From positions 248,099 through 312,098 of the forward strand of contig MU006108.1 in assembly GCA_010093705.1 (NCBI GenBank): a stretch of 64,000 bases of DNA, written 5' to 3'. This document shows, piece by piece, positions 20,364 through 34,000 of this stretch. Each line of letters opens with the position of its first letter. The first letter of the stretch is position 1. The DNA is from Patellaria atrata CBS 101060 (taxonomy: Eukaryota). The notes below the pieces were generated by a model. That model was not told where the DNA came from. It did no database searches and worked only from the letters and a program-made list of their open reading frames with translations. Position numbers and translations under genes: made by a program.

Positions 20364-23300
20364 TAGCCAGGATCGATCAAGGGTTGATTGCTCTACGCAT
20401 TGACGGACTAGTCAGAGACCTCGTCCTTAGGAACTATTCTTGTATTGGACTCCACCCTAACGTACGGTATCTCCAGGAACTATCCACGACAGGCACGAGC
20501 AGATTGGTCACCCCCAAATCAGCGGAACCATGTCGGCGTACCTAAAGATAGGTTTCCGATGTTACAGTCCTGGTCTCCCATGGGAGAAATGCAATTCCTG
20601 GAATAATCAGAGCTAACTTTGCAGCTTTACCGGTTTGTAACGTTCGCATTTCTTGATGTGCCAATTATTCCATTACGCGTCCGGGCGTGATCTGTGCCAA
20701 CTCCCTGGCCGAACGATTTGTTTGGGCAGTTGGGCATCAAATCGGTCAGCCGGTCAAGCCGGTCAGCCCGAATCGCTAGAGGCATGTCTCAGCAAGCATT
20801 TAATGACTCGTTAATATCGTTTTTGGATATGTATAATTTTTGGATTGATGCCAATATCATCTATACTTTTGACACAGCAAATTTAGAAACATATCCAAAA
20901 GTTTGGTATAACAGTCCATAAAATTAACAATGTAGCCCTTCGCCGAAATCTCCCATCTGGTCGACAGTAGCATCCACATTCGTTGATCGACCAGCGCATA
21001 CATAATCTCTGATAACCACACTTTTCTTTGCTACTCCGTACCAATCTCGCAACAGCATTGGACAATTTTTGAGTCAGGAAGCTCCGCTTCAAAGGGATCA
21101 GTGATTTGACTACACTAGTAGTACTTGTGTGTATCTCACCCTTTAGTCATTGACAGGTACGCCACATTCAGGACAACACTTCCCCGGAATGACCCATACG
21201 GTTTGACCTTTCGCCAGACAATTGGGGCACTTCCTCCCTGGGACCTAAAGGCTCCATGTTAGCATTTCCATGGACTACTAATTGGGAGTAGATCAACGAC
21301 TGACCGTCATCATCTGAGTCATTGGGGCAGGTTGTTGGAGCTGCTCCCAAGTATTCTCATCATCTGGGTCGGCTGCTATGAGGACTGGTAGTTGCTCGAT
21401 ACCGAGTCTGGCCATGATTTCGTTACGTTGATGGCTGGATGACATGATAGATCGTTGAGGTAAGTTCAATTGTTGAATGCGGTCAATTAATGAACGCTGA
21501 ATGATGTTCAAGTTACCTTCACAGCAGCAGGTCAACCTTGTATTTATACTTTATGTTCTTCATACCACCCCTTTAGTGAGTGTCTCGAAAGTGATGTTCC
21601 CTATTGCACAAAGGTGTGTCAAGAAATTTTGTGCCCCTGGTGTCCTTGACTTTGACATATTCCTTCCGACATCATAGCATGGCACAGAATCCGGACGTAG
21701 TACGCTCAACGCCAGCTCTACTCGTCGTACCATCGGTCTACGAAGCACTCAGTGCTCAATATTACTTCACAACACCACCTACCGAACACACGAACCTTTT
21801 ACTCGGGGTTGATCTGGGTCCGCAGATAGACTAAATCAGCTTTTTATGTTTGATCAAGCGCTGGAATGCAATTGCTATCCTACGATGATTTCGAGGAAAC
21901 TAACGTTTTCTAGGGTCAGTTGTGATGCGTAACTTGCACTGGAAAAGTGTATGGCTACCCGCATATCCAACAGAACAGTTCGAAAGTGCGGTGGAGCCAG
22001 ATCAAATTCGTTATAGGTTCAAATTTAAGCGGATCTTACACGCCAGAACTCTGGGTCTTATTGATTATGGTTCTGCTGAAAACCTAGTATTACAGTACCT
22101 AGTTCCGATACGCCAGATCTACCTATGATTACCCGTACCGTGGTACTGGGAGTCTCATTATCGTAAAGTCGAGAGACTTTTTCCTTTCAAAATGTGATAT
22201 ATCACATCTTCTCCTCGCCTTTCACCATAGAGGACAAAAGTGTTACGAATATCAATTCTATAAGACGGACTGATCAAGTCACGAATACTTTAGCACATAT
22301 CTATCTATGGACGAATCAACCACTAATGAAAAGCATTTCGGGATTCCATCATCTGGAGGCATCTTGCTCGTAAATACCACAATTAACATGGGTCCAAGGG
22401 GTCGATCCCCCTTGTACGGCGAATACTTACATATGGGCCTTGGATACTCTCAAACTTTTATTAATCTCACAGACCCGTCGATGGATTCTAGACTAAAAGA
22501 CAGATCGTCCCCAACAGAGATGCGCCTCCGAAGAAAAGTCGGTAACATACAGGACGTCGAAAATATGTACTCGTCCATTGATTGTTTTTGGTCGTACATG
22601 ATGTTGAAAGGTCTCAACGTACTAGTCCTCCCCCCTTTGTGGCCGATGAAACTCTCAACGGTACGCCTTAGAGTCCCTTTATCCTAGTCAATGGCAAAAT
22701 GGGCATCTTTCTTGTTACCTCCAATGCGGTCTAAACTATTCATTTTTGCTTTCCTATGGACAGACTTCCTAGAATGGTGCTGCGTTCAACGCTAAGGTAT
22801 CATAAATCTATGAGGTTAGGAAGTCATCACTTAGACAACCTGTCCATGCACAACATCGTTGCCTTGTGTTCAATTGGTTGTACTGTGATACGACTTTACT
22901 TTTGTAGCTTATCTAAGCTCACAGGTTCCTCCTGGACCCCCTTGGTGTCCCCGCTATCGGACGGTTCTTGTACTGTTGTCCGTCTCACTAAAGCCTAGCA
23001 TCTCACTATCTTTCGCTAACACCAATAAGGTAGCAAAAATGTACGCGTCACACTTCTATCTGAGCTAGAGCTACTAGCAACGCTCCAACTATTCGCAAAT
23101 ACCCTGAATAACGGTTACATTAGCATCTGATCATCCGAGTAGCTTCCGCGAGGGAGAAACTCGAATCACCTCGCCAAAAACATCCCCTTGCTTATAATGA
23201 CGAACGTCTTCTCGAGTCTACCGTCTACGATAAACGCCTCCTAGAATCCTTTTAGATGACCTGAGTAACTACCTCCCGGAACTGCCTCCGACGGGGTGTT

Positions 23301-24321
23301 ATAGGACTAAAAGTTAGTTATCTATAAAAGCTATTATTGCTTCCCTTTAGTCGCAGCAAAGATGTGCAATATGGGGCTTACAGGCCCATCTAAAAGTTCT
23401 CGCACCGGCGCCGTCTGGTGTGTGTGTCGTATACATTCCACTTCTCAGGCGATTTCGAATACCACGCGGAGACGCGGGCAAAGTTCAACAACAACAATGT
23501 AGCGCTACCGATACACACACTCCGCACTGGATACCAAGTATGAGAATCAGATCCTAAATGTGCTCCCTCAGTGGACACCTGCTCCCCGACGTGATCTCAA
23601 CAAACCTTAGGCCCGGCTGTACCGTACTGTGTGCACATCAAAAAGAACCGATCTCAATATCAAAGCGTGGTTTAATTTCCGCGTTCGAGATGTCGAACTC
23701 CATTGCTGCTACGGTTTCATCCGATTGCTCAACAAATAGTCACGGGGTCACCTACATGTAGTAATCTGTAGCTGCCCGTTGGGGCCCTGCGAACAAAACG
23801 GACCGGTGTCGGTGATGCATCACATTTGGAATGACGTCTGCTGGGGGTATCGAGCCCACCTGTCCATGAATCTCTAGAACACTGCTGCAAAGCTTTGATA
23901 GTGCCGATTACTGTGGGAGCTATTGGTACCGTTCTACTGCTTGGTATGGAAACTCAAATTTCGCGCAATGGTTATCATAGCACGACTTACACCAAACAAC
24001 AAGGCCTCTCAAACGTTCGGACATGATTTATTAGTCCACGAGAGCACTTATGGCATAGATCTAGCGTCCACTATACGCCTCACTTTCCGCTGCGTAGATG
24101 TCGACTCGACCCGAACTTAGCACTGGTTCCTGATATTCATGGGAACTCTCATTCAAATGTGATACTGTATGGCTGTAATACAAAAGTGGGTATAATGTGG
24201 TCTTCTGACAAAAGTTGCTAACCAGTCCCAAAAACATAGGGTGAGTCGTGGAATACAAATGCCCGCTAAAAGAAAGAACCGTCTCGAGGACTCTATGGAT
24301 GAACACGGGACGATCAGACAA

Positions 24322-26811
24322 TCATGCTGGCGCCGAACCCTCGATAAAGTGTTTTGTAATTCTCACAAGCAGCGCTCCGCGCGTTGCAACGCCGTGCGCA
24401 TCGTACAGGTGAATCCACCTGTAGCCCTGCTCGAGGAGGTCTAGACGGAAACACGCCCAAGCGGCAAGATCGTCTCGAAGTCTATCGTCATCCATGACTT
24501 TCAACCTACAATTCAAAATCATATCAGCAGAATCCTATTGTTTTGGCATGTCGGGTAGATGCGTATCCAATCTCCGATATTCTTTTCCGTTGTGGGTGCC
24601 GAGAAATTTTCATCAGCCACCACAACTGGGGTGTATGTATTCGCCTCGAATTGGCTTATTTTCCCGGTTCCACGCTAGATTGACGGAGCCGCTTGATTTT
24701 GATGTTGTGCATCTTCCAGGATATGCGACAGCGAGACGAGAGTCTGTGTGAAACCGCGTACAGAGAAGCCGCGAGGGAAAAAGGTGGCGCCACACACAAA
24801 AGACGTCCAGAAGAAAAATCAGACAAGAGAAAATCATTTACTAACCTCAGAAAGCTCAATTCCGGCACAACACCTCTGACTCCAGTGAAATGTATCACTT
24901 CGCGACCAAAATCTGGATCTTGCCCTCGTCGAGTCGTCGTCTTACGCTTGTACTCCTTCTCGTTCGCTTTTACGGAACCCGACTTTTCCTCACCTGGTAT
25001 GCGCTCGTGATTCTCAGTATGCAGTTCCCACTTCACGTACGGCTTGAACGTGTGAGCTTTCTCCTCGTCGGGCGGCAGTGGAATGTCCTGACCGGCGAAA
25101 ACTTCGATCTTCAAGTCCAGTATGCCGTGCTTCGCCGCGTTTTGTTGATGATCGGCCGTGGAACCGCTGCGATAACCTTCAGGCTTCAAAACCCAACCGG
25201 CGGAGCCCATGAACATGCCTTCGTTTAGCATCATGCCTGCGTCCCACTTTTGCCAGTTGAGAGCGACTATCTGGACACCTTTGCGCCAGAACGGAGATGG
25301 GTCAAGGTTGGATGAGGAGAATCGGATACCTTTTGGGTATGCCCTCATGAGAAAGCTTTTGTTGTGTTTGAAGAGGTCGGTGGGTGTGTTTTCGTGGACC
25401 TCCATAAGTGCTCGTTCGGACAGCGAGAAGATGTGGGTCGGTATCTGAGCCTCTGGTGATTTGAAGTCTTTGAAGTGATAGCTCCTCGTGTACACTCCCA
25501 GACGACTTAGAGCTTCTATCATCTTAGCCTTTTTGACTCGTTCACCGCTTGGAGACAATTCTTCGTCTGAAGAGGAGGAAGAAGACGATACAACAGCCTC
25601 TTGCTTCGGCACCAGTGTAGGCTTAGGTTCTTCACCTGGTGGTTTAGGCGGTGTATATTTGACTTTGATAAGGATTTTCTTATACAGGGCTTTAAGGGGA
25701 GGCAATTGAAGGTTCATGGGATCAGCGTCAAGATTATCTCTTTGCAGGTCTACTAGCATCCCCCTCCAGGTCTCCTGCATGATTTCCACCATAATAGCTT
25801 GTTGTTCATGGCTGGTATGGACTTCAAGGCTGATAATCACAGGTAGGTCCCTGGAATTCAATTAGCGACATGAAATCGATCCACCTTGAAAATAGTATAC
25901 ATACGATGTCACGAAGCCGTAGTCGCGGATAGTCTCGCACACAGCCCTAAAGGGGATCTCTTTTGTAGCAGTGTACCCATGCAGAACACGCGGTTCAGCT
26001 CTGAAAGACTGGGATCTCCAAGGCGTAATTCTCTCGTCCCCTGATCTTCCTGCCGGGGATGCCTTCTTCTTGCCTTCTGATTTTGATGGAGAAGTTCGTT
26101 TGTCCTTGGATGACTTCCGCTTGAGGAATCCGAGTTTGAGTCTATCACGAAGGCCGCGATTTAATTCCTCGTCTTCTCCTTCATCTTCCGAGGAAGAAGG
26201 ATCATCGCCGTCCCAGACGTCTATTTCTACGCATCTGCACCCTCTGAGCAGGACCTATGATATATAAGCATCCCGCAAGTAAGAGGATACAGAATAGTAA
26301 CGTCATTGCGTGATAGGGAGAAATGACAGAATGATGGTAAGAATCACAACAAAAGACCTACATTTTTATACGCATCAACACTCGAATCGCTCGATAGCTG
26401 ATTACCTGTCAAATACGTATTATGGCTCGAGGAGATGAAGTAATTAGAAATCGGGTAGCTCAGATCCTGCTTCGAGTTGGCGAACGACATCGCGTTCCCG
26501 TGCTCACTCTTCAGCAGGTCAACAAATCCTTCGAATGACAATTCTCCTACGTCCTTCATTGACTGCAACCCATCTGCGCTGCGGATCTGCTCTTTCTCCA
26601 GCCATTCTCTCACCCCGAGCCCGCTCCGCAGATCGTGCTGAGCGCTGACTTCATCGTAGATCTGTCGGATGTAGTTGGATACGGTTGGTGAGAAGGACTG
26701 GATCTGGGAGGTTCTGGAGGTGGTTTGGGCGGGCGCTCCACCGCCGGCTTGGGCACCGGACACGACGTTTGTGTCTTGGACTTTGGTGGTTTCGAGGGGT
26801 TTGGAGGACAT
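24322..26811 (-). CDS. Phosphoinositide-specific phospholipase C (X-Y catalytic domains plus C2, no PH domain); exons 26811-26362, 26254-25905, 25850-24846, 24505-24322
   Basis: X box [16 protein letters not shown]...[19 protein letters not shown] and [13 protein letters not shown] box [17 protein letters not shown]...VQIVALNWQ. The C2 domain is completed only by splicing [38 protein letters not shown]. Confidence 0.92.
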
Positions 26812-27673
26812 AGTTAGGTAGATGATGATTCCTCAGTTCCCTGCCTGTGGAATCGAAAAGGGATAAAGAGATAGAGGTGGCCTATGACTAGGTGTGTGAA
26901 GTGTGTAGAATTCAAGGAAACCTCGCGGTGTTGAGTCAATGCTCTGACGTGGACGGTAATTAAGGGTCTGTTTTTTTTTTTTACTTTGGGAAGGTTCAGC
27001 TGAGGTGGGCAAGACTAGGCATACACGGCATGAGGTGAGGTAAGGTAAGGTAAGGGTAAGGTGTGATGTGGTCAGCCTTTCGTGAGAGCGCGACAGGTGC
27101 CTGCTGGCATTGGAGTCTCTAAGGTGGGTAGAAATTTTGTCTACGGTAGAGGTGATAATAATATTATTGTAATTTCTGGTATTAAAGAAGGCGCAGAGGA
27201 ATCCCTTTGTAGAGAACAAAGGGAGTGTAACAGGTAACAGAGAGGGGAAGTTCTTTCAAGCTTTCAGGTTGGATCTTTAAGCTTGCTTTTCTGGGTGGTG
27301 GTGAGATGCTAGCTGCAGGGATTAGGGCTTTAGGCTTTGTGTCTGGGCTGAGGAGCATCAGATACTGCAGTCGTGAGGTGATGCATCAATCGCTTTGACC
27401 GCTTTGGGAAACTCCTCGTTTTGTGTCTGAAGCTCGGATTTCTATGTCTTAGAAGTTACCTTATCCTCAGATTCTGAGTACGGTGTAAACATACTACCGT
27501 AAGGGGCCTTGACGAGGGAACTTTGGTTAGGGGTCCAGGGTCCAGGACTGGCTACGTCACTGGCAATATTTTAACATTTCACGTACGGAGTAATTCTTCG
27601 ACGCATATAGCATCAGACAACGATTACTCATACGGAAGCAAATTAAAGCAAAGCCTTACATAGAATTTGAATA

Positions 27674-28119
27674 ATGGTCCCGAAATCCCGCAAAGAGGCC
27701 GAAACGGAAGTCCGCTCCTGGGGTTTCGGGCACGTCTTCACATGGACGGACGGACCGTACGTTCCCCCTTTTCATACCGATTTCTCCGACTGTCCGAAGT
27801 GATATGTAGAGAAGTACTGCTACTTGAACTCAAATTTCTCATTTCCGTTCTATCATTCTATCATTCTACCTTGCTCACTTTTCCTATTACTGTGTAATAG
27901 CTAATCCTGAGTACTAGGAACTCATACTACCCTCCACATTCACATGCCGGTCTGACTACCCATTTGATCTTGTCGGGGGAGTTGACTATCTGGTATCCGG
28001 ATGATGAGAAGCCGGCGAAGGAGACGTTTGGGCCGGGAGATAGGGTTGATGTGGACGCGGGGAAGAAACATGAGGTTTGGATGGGGAATGGGGGGTGTAC
28101 ATATGTTATTGGAGAGTGA
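27674..28119 (+). CDS. small RmlC-like cupin protein (94 aa); exons 27674-27756, 27918-28119
   Basis: Not in the ORF track. Spliced product MVPKSRKEAETEVRSWGFGHVFTWTDGP|NSYYPPHSHAGLTTHLILSGELTIWYPDDEKPAKETFGPGDRVDVDAGKKHEVWMGNGGCTYVIGE*. Cupin motif 1 HxH...H...G and motif 2 GD...H are present. Intron GTACGT...GCTAAT...TAG. Confidence 0.88.
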
Positions 28120-28679
28120 GAGGATAAGGGGAATCCATTCTTTTCCACGGGTAGTATTTCTAGGTTGCTGTACGCTTATTATACTCTTCTCGACCGACGC
28201 CTAACTACGGTTTCGACAGTTGTTCTGTGATATACAGTGCAAGCGTGTTCTATCCTACTGCATCTTGTACGGTCTGTTCCAGTGCATATAGCGGAGTCCA
28301 AGGCCAGCTTTAAAGCAAATGTACAGTAATCTAGGAGTACCCCGATAGGGGAGGGGGTAGAAGAAAGTTACAATTGGCGAAATTTAGGTGTTGTAGACCA
28401 AATTCAAGAGCAAGTTATGAGCAGAAAACTTTGCAAACGACCTCAGAAAAAACATGACTGTAGATACTACTAGGGTAATTGAGAGAATAATGAGTAAATT
28501 TCCAAAACGTGACTTTGCAGTCACAAGCCAACTGACTGAATAACTTATAAACGTGGATACCTCCGACTTTCTTCTTCCGACAACCATTGCTAGAGGTTGC
28601 TAACCTCCTTCTCAATTCTAACCTCTCGTACTTATCACAAGTGCCGAAAACCCAAATTCCCATCAAGGGAACTGACAGG

Positions 28680-30078
28680 ATGGGACGCAGAGAAAATGCG
28701 TCTGGCACCACTGGTGCCTCATGGCAAAGGTTCCGGACGAGAGTCCGCGAAACCTTTCGCCCCAGTAATTCGGCTGCTCCAGGTATGTTTGGAAATTTTT
28801 TTTCGATTATTTCATTCCATGAGTTTCCTTAAGCACTTCTTTGATTTCTCTAATCCAAGCTCTTTCCAATTGATTGGCTTGCAACGATTCGGTGAATGAA
28901 GAGCTCAGTGTCCTTTGACGAGACATCTATTCCACGGCGCTCTTAAGGCCGTATCAGACTATGTGTTCTACAACCTCAGTTGACTGTACTGATGTTCGTT
29001 GGATCAAGTGATGGAAGCGGTGACTTCGCATGACGAAGCACCGCTGAGTGGTACAGGATCTGCCACAGAAGAGTATCTGCCTCCAGTAGAGCCGCTAGTA
29101 CCGCTTGATCTTAGCGCGTACACGGCTGCAGCACCGGAGCACATCCCTGAAGGTTCGTCTGCTCACTAACATACGTAAATAAACACAAACAGAATCTATT
29201 CATACTAACACTTAACAGAGAGGAATATCTTTTTTCACCTCAACAACATAACCAAACCAGATGTCGCAATGAACGGCCTTCGAGACCAGGCCAATGGCCT
29301 CGTTTCCTCACCTCCCCTTTCCTCGTCACTCTTTCTCAGGCAGACTGAGAACCTCGCCGGTTCGCCCCCAACCGGCAAATCCTCAAAAGTAATCGAGCGG
29401 ATTACGAACGAGAATGAGCGTTTGAAGCGGGAGCTCACCGCAGAGCGTTTGGCGAAAGAAGAACTTCAAAGGCAATTACGCCTTGAGAAGGAGAAGGTTG
29501 AACGGTTGGAGCAGCAGAATGATACCCTATCCGGCATTCATGGTGCCAATGACAAGATGGTGGAAAGAAGGGATCGCAAAATCACAGAACTGAAGGCTGC
29601 TATGGATTATGAAGCGGAGCGCCGAACACAAGCAGAGAACCGAGCACGGGAGATTGCAGACCTCCTAGACGAGCGAACCTCAACAGCAAATCGCGAAGTC
29701 GCTAGAGCCAAAGAAATGGAGAAAAAGGCCCAAGTCCACGCAGACATACTCGAGACTCGACATAATACCTACCAGCGCCAGCTCGATAGCATGAAAACCG
29801 CACTGGCTGATCTCCTGAAGGAACGAGAACAGGATCACAACAACGTCTTGCAGCTAGAAGCCATCGTTGAGCAGTACAAGCATGGCCTTGAGGCAGTGTA
29901 TGAAGCACACGCCAACCTAGCGAAAGCTGAACAGAAGCGTGGAGAAGATGCTGGTCAGTTACGGGAAGAAATCGACATGAAAATGGCTAAGATGGACGCC
30001 CTTGGACAAGACATGACTGAAGCCCTACAGAAGATGCGGTGGGTTGTTGGTGTTGCCAACAGCAGGAACTCGAAATGA
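28680..30078 (+). CDS. coiled-coil protein (resembles fungal proteins annotated as She3-like); exons 28680-28782, 29009-29152, 29219-30078
   Basis: Long heptad region starting TGKSSKVIERITNENERLKREL and ending LQKMRWVVGV. Two upstream phase-1 introns join in frame to the 269-aa ORF. The upstream exons are less certain than the last exon. Confidence 0.75.
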
Positions 30079-31032
30079 TACCCTTAATATGTACGACTGC
30101 TACGATCTTCACGAAATATGACCATCTTTTGAGTAGAGGGTTACGTTACCGGACATAGATGGCTTAGGGCGTTAATAGGGATCAAAATCTTTTCATGGTA
30201 GCGTATGGGGCGTTTTCGAAAATGGCATCTTTCAGCATCCGAATACCATTGCCTGGACTGGTCTCACAATTACGTTTCGTCTGTCCCATTTTTCCGGTTG
30301 ATGGTAGATGCAAAGGACAACCCTATCCTCGTTCACGGGCTCACGAGTGCGCTGCTAGGGATATACTTCATATAATTTGCTTTTCAGTCTGTCTGCTATC
30401 TTCGAGGGATAGATACTTCCAATATCATGATTGAACTTTGTCGGTCAGGAGGCAGGTCAAGATCTCGATTCCGCTCTACCATGTGTAGTTATAGTAATGC
30501 AATTGATCGCACACAATGCGCCATACCATGTGGATACAATGGGAAATACGTGCTAGTTCGTATTCCTCTGATATTCAGATATTTAATCATGTATCATTTG
30601 ATCGTGCATTCAACGTGAGTCTAATGCCAAGAGTATTCGGCAGAGATGCGGGTAGCGGTCATCCCAAGCTTGGTCTCAGGTCCAGCATCCAGACGGTACT
30701 AGACGACATCAGTAAACTCTCCTATCCTGTTACATTACAGTAAGCGCGATTGATATAGCCGGACAGGCCAGCTTATTGCTACACTCTGCTGATATCCTCC
30801 TCAGTTTACAGCCTCTGATATAGTGTCTCCGTTTCCGCCCTGCTCCGTGAGCCACGATTTGAGCGCCTTCCTGACCCAGCACTTACTTGGTTACTTAAAG
30901 ACTGGACTCCACATTGACACTTTGTACACTCTAGCACAGACCGAATAAACAGCAATCTCCATTGCTTCACATTCACCTATATCCTCCGATCGAGGCAGCC
31001 TCGAGGCGGTTCAGCCGTCCCCCGCGCTTACA

Positions 31033-34000
31033 ATGGTCTTTCTGGGAGTCTACCGAGCCCTTTACGATTACGCCCCCCAGGGGGACAATGAGTTGGCGAT
31101 CAGTGAAGGTGACCTTCTATTCGTCCTAGAAAAGAGTACGGACGAGCCAGACTGGTGGAAGGCAAAGAAAAAAGCGCAGAGTGAGGATGAGGAAGAGCCC
31201 GAAGGCTTGATTCCTAACAATTATGTCGAGGAGGTAGGTTACTCTTGGTAGTTCAAGATCTCAGCATTCACTTCGTTGGGCACTTGAAAGACATCCAGAA
31301 GATACAAGTTGAACCCGCCGACATATAGACTTGCGCAAGTTGCCCTGCAGATCTTCATATACTGACTGAGACTCGTAGGCTATCCCGATACACACCTCTA
31401 AAGCCCTGTACGATTATACACGACAGACTGACGAGGAACTTTCATTTTCAGAAGATGCACGTCTTGACGTATACGATACAACAGATCCTGATTGGACACT
31501 GGTTGGTTTTAAAGGAGAATATGGCTTCGCGCCTAGTAATTATATTGAAAAGGTAGGAGAGGCTGCGCCGGCAATGCCAGCACGGCCAAGGATACAGGGA
31601 CCCGAGCCCGAACCTGAATCTGATATACGAGAACCTCCCACGCCGAGTACCTCAAGCAGTCCGGTCCAGAGCCCTGCTGCTGCGCTCGCAGGTATCATAC
31701 AGCAGAAGACGGGTTCTAGTAGAGCGATGGCATCACCTCCACCCTCTGTCACCCTTCCTCCACGGCAACCACAATATACTCCCGAAGAGTCGGACGAAGA
31801 CCAGGCGCCTCCACCTAGCCTTCCCCAACGGCCGCAATCAATGTCGCCTCAAATTCCTCAACAGGCCCGATTTGCAGAATCCCCAGAACCACCTGGTGTG
31901 ATGGCCTCACCACCATTACGCGGACCTGAATATGACGACTATAGGGGGCCAATATCTCCAGGTGGTAGTTATCATCTCTACAATATCCATGAGATGGTGT
32001 CTCACTTAGGCAAAAATAAAAAGATGCCAATGACTTTGGGGATAAATGTACCAAAAGGCCTTATTATGATATCTCCTGAGAAATCCCGAGATCAGAAAGA
32101 ATGGACTGCCGACAAACTTTCACATTATTCTATCGAAGGAAAACATGTATTCATGGAACTTGTGAGACCAAGTAAAAGCGTTGACTTCCACGCTGGAGCA
32201 AAGGATACTGCTCAAGAGATTGTTGCGGCCCTGGGAGAACTTGCAGGTGCCGCTCGAGCTGAAGGCCTTCGAGAAGTATTAGCTGCGAGCTCGGGGAGCT
32301 CAAATGTCCAAAAGAAAGCTACAATACTTTACGATTTCATGGCTCAAGGTGACGACGAAGTAACTGTCGCGGTTGGTGATGAAGTCACCGTATTGGATGA
32401 TACCAAAAGTGAAGAGTGGTGGATGGTGCGGCGGCACAAAAATGGTAAAGAAGGTGTCGTCCCAAGTAGTTACGTGGATGTCACTGGAGTCGTATCAGCA
32501 GCACCACCGTCTAGCATGACTGGTACCAATGCTGGTAAATCCACCGTCGAACAGAACAGACTCGAGGAAGAAAGATTAGCGAGAGAAGCTTCGAGGTCAT
32601 ACAGGAAACGGGGAGGAAGTGATTCAAAGCCTGCAGAGGTAGGCCCTGGCCTTGCGTTACCTGAGCGTAATAGTAGTTTGATGCACGGTGATAATGACAC
32701 GAAGCGCTCATCACAGAGAAGCAAGCGCGAGTCCAGAGACCCGTTGACATCCGCAAAAGGAAAGCAGAGTGAGTATTTCCTGGAGGTCTTCAGCGCATTA
32801 AACTCATATCATTACGCAGAGCCTGATCCCAACAAGACACGCACATGGACCGATCGATCAGGATCATTTCGAGTCGAGGCCGAGTTCTTAGGACTCAAAG
32901 ACAACAAGATCCATCTTCACAAGCAGAATGGTGTCAAGATTGCCGTACCGGTTCCCAAGATGTCAATCGAGGATCTCGAATATGTAGAGAAGGTCACGGG
33001 GGTTTCTCTAGATGACGACAAACCTTTATCTGATATCAAAAGAAGAAGTACGCTGCGTGCGAAAGAGAATAAAGAAGGCGAGGGCAAAGCAGGTATTTCA
33101 ATTGAACACCCGAAGAGACCGGAATACGATTGGTTCGATTTTTTCCTTCAATGTGGAGTCAATCCCCAAATTTGCGAACGATATGCTGGTGCTTTTTCAC
33201 GGGACGAAATGGGTGAGGAGATCCTTCCTGACGTTAATGAACCACTGCTCCGAACTCTTGGCTTAAAAGAAGGCGATATCCTCCGCGTGATGAAGTTCCT
33301 GGATAGCAAATTCAACCGAGATGGGTCTAAAGACAAACGTGCCGTAAGCTTTGGTGGAGCGTCTGTTATTGGAGATGGTGAGGGAGCTGGCGGTTTGTTT
33401 TCTGGCCCTGGTGGAACACTACGCAACAATACTCGTAAAGGTCGACCTGCGCCTCCTATTCAAACTAATGATGTTGTCGATCCCAAAGCGTTCGAACAGA
33501 AAACGGATGATACAGTTAAGAAGCAACTCCCCCCAGATGCAACGCCGACTCCAATAGTCTCGGCCCCATCCACTGAAAAGAAATCTGTTGGCGGATTTGA
33601 CGACGATGCTTGGGATGTAAAACCTTCGAAGCAGACAACATCTCCACCACCTACCGCTCGGTCACCTCCTCCAATACAACAAACTCACACCGTTGCTCCA
33701 AATCCTCCGCCTCCTACTTTGACCGGGTCTATGGCAGAACTGAGTCTTCTTTCCCCTCCTTTACAACCAACTCCCGCCCCTCAGCCACAGCCACAAGCTC
33801 AAGCTCAAGCTCAAGCTCAACAACCTCCACCTCAAGCGTCACAACAACCTCAGCCTACTGGAGCAACACCTGGGTTGTTTGAGCAGCTTGCGAATCAACC
33901 ACCGGGAAAACTTCCTCAATCAGCCACAGGTTTCAATCAGCAACAGCTCGCTGCACCAAGGCAGCGTCCTCAAGCTTCGCAACAGGCCCAAACTGGAGGC

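Noticed and set aside
23366..23383. CAATATGGGGCTTAC resembles the 3' conserved region of RNase MRP RNA
   Set aside because: No matching GAAAGTCCCC-type 5' partner was found upstream to form the P4 helix.
24061..24321. 86 open codons directly after the PLC stop, suggesting readthrough
   Set aside because: The stop context is TGA-TTG, not a known leaky context such as TGA-CTA. The extension has no targeting signal or recognisable motif.
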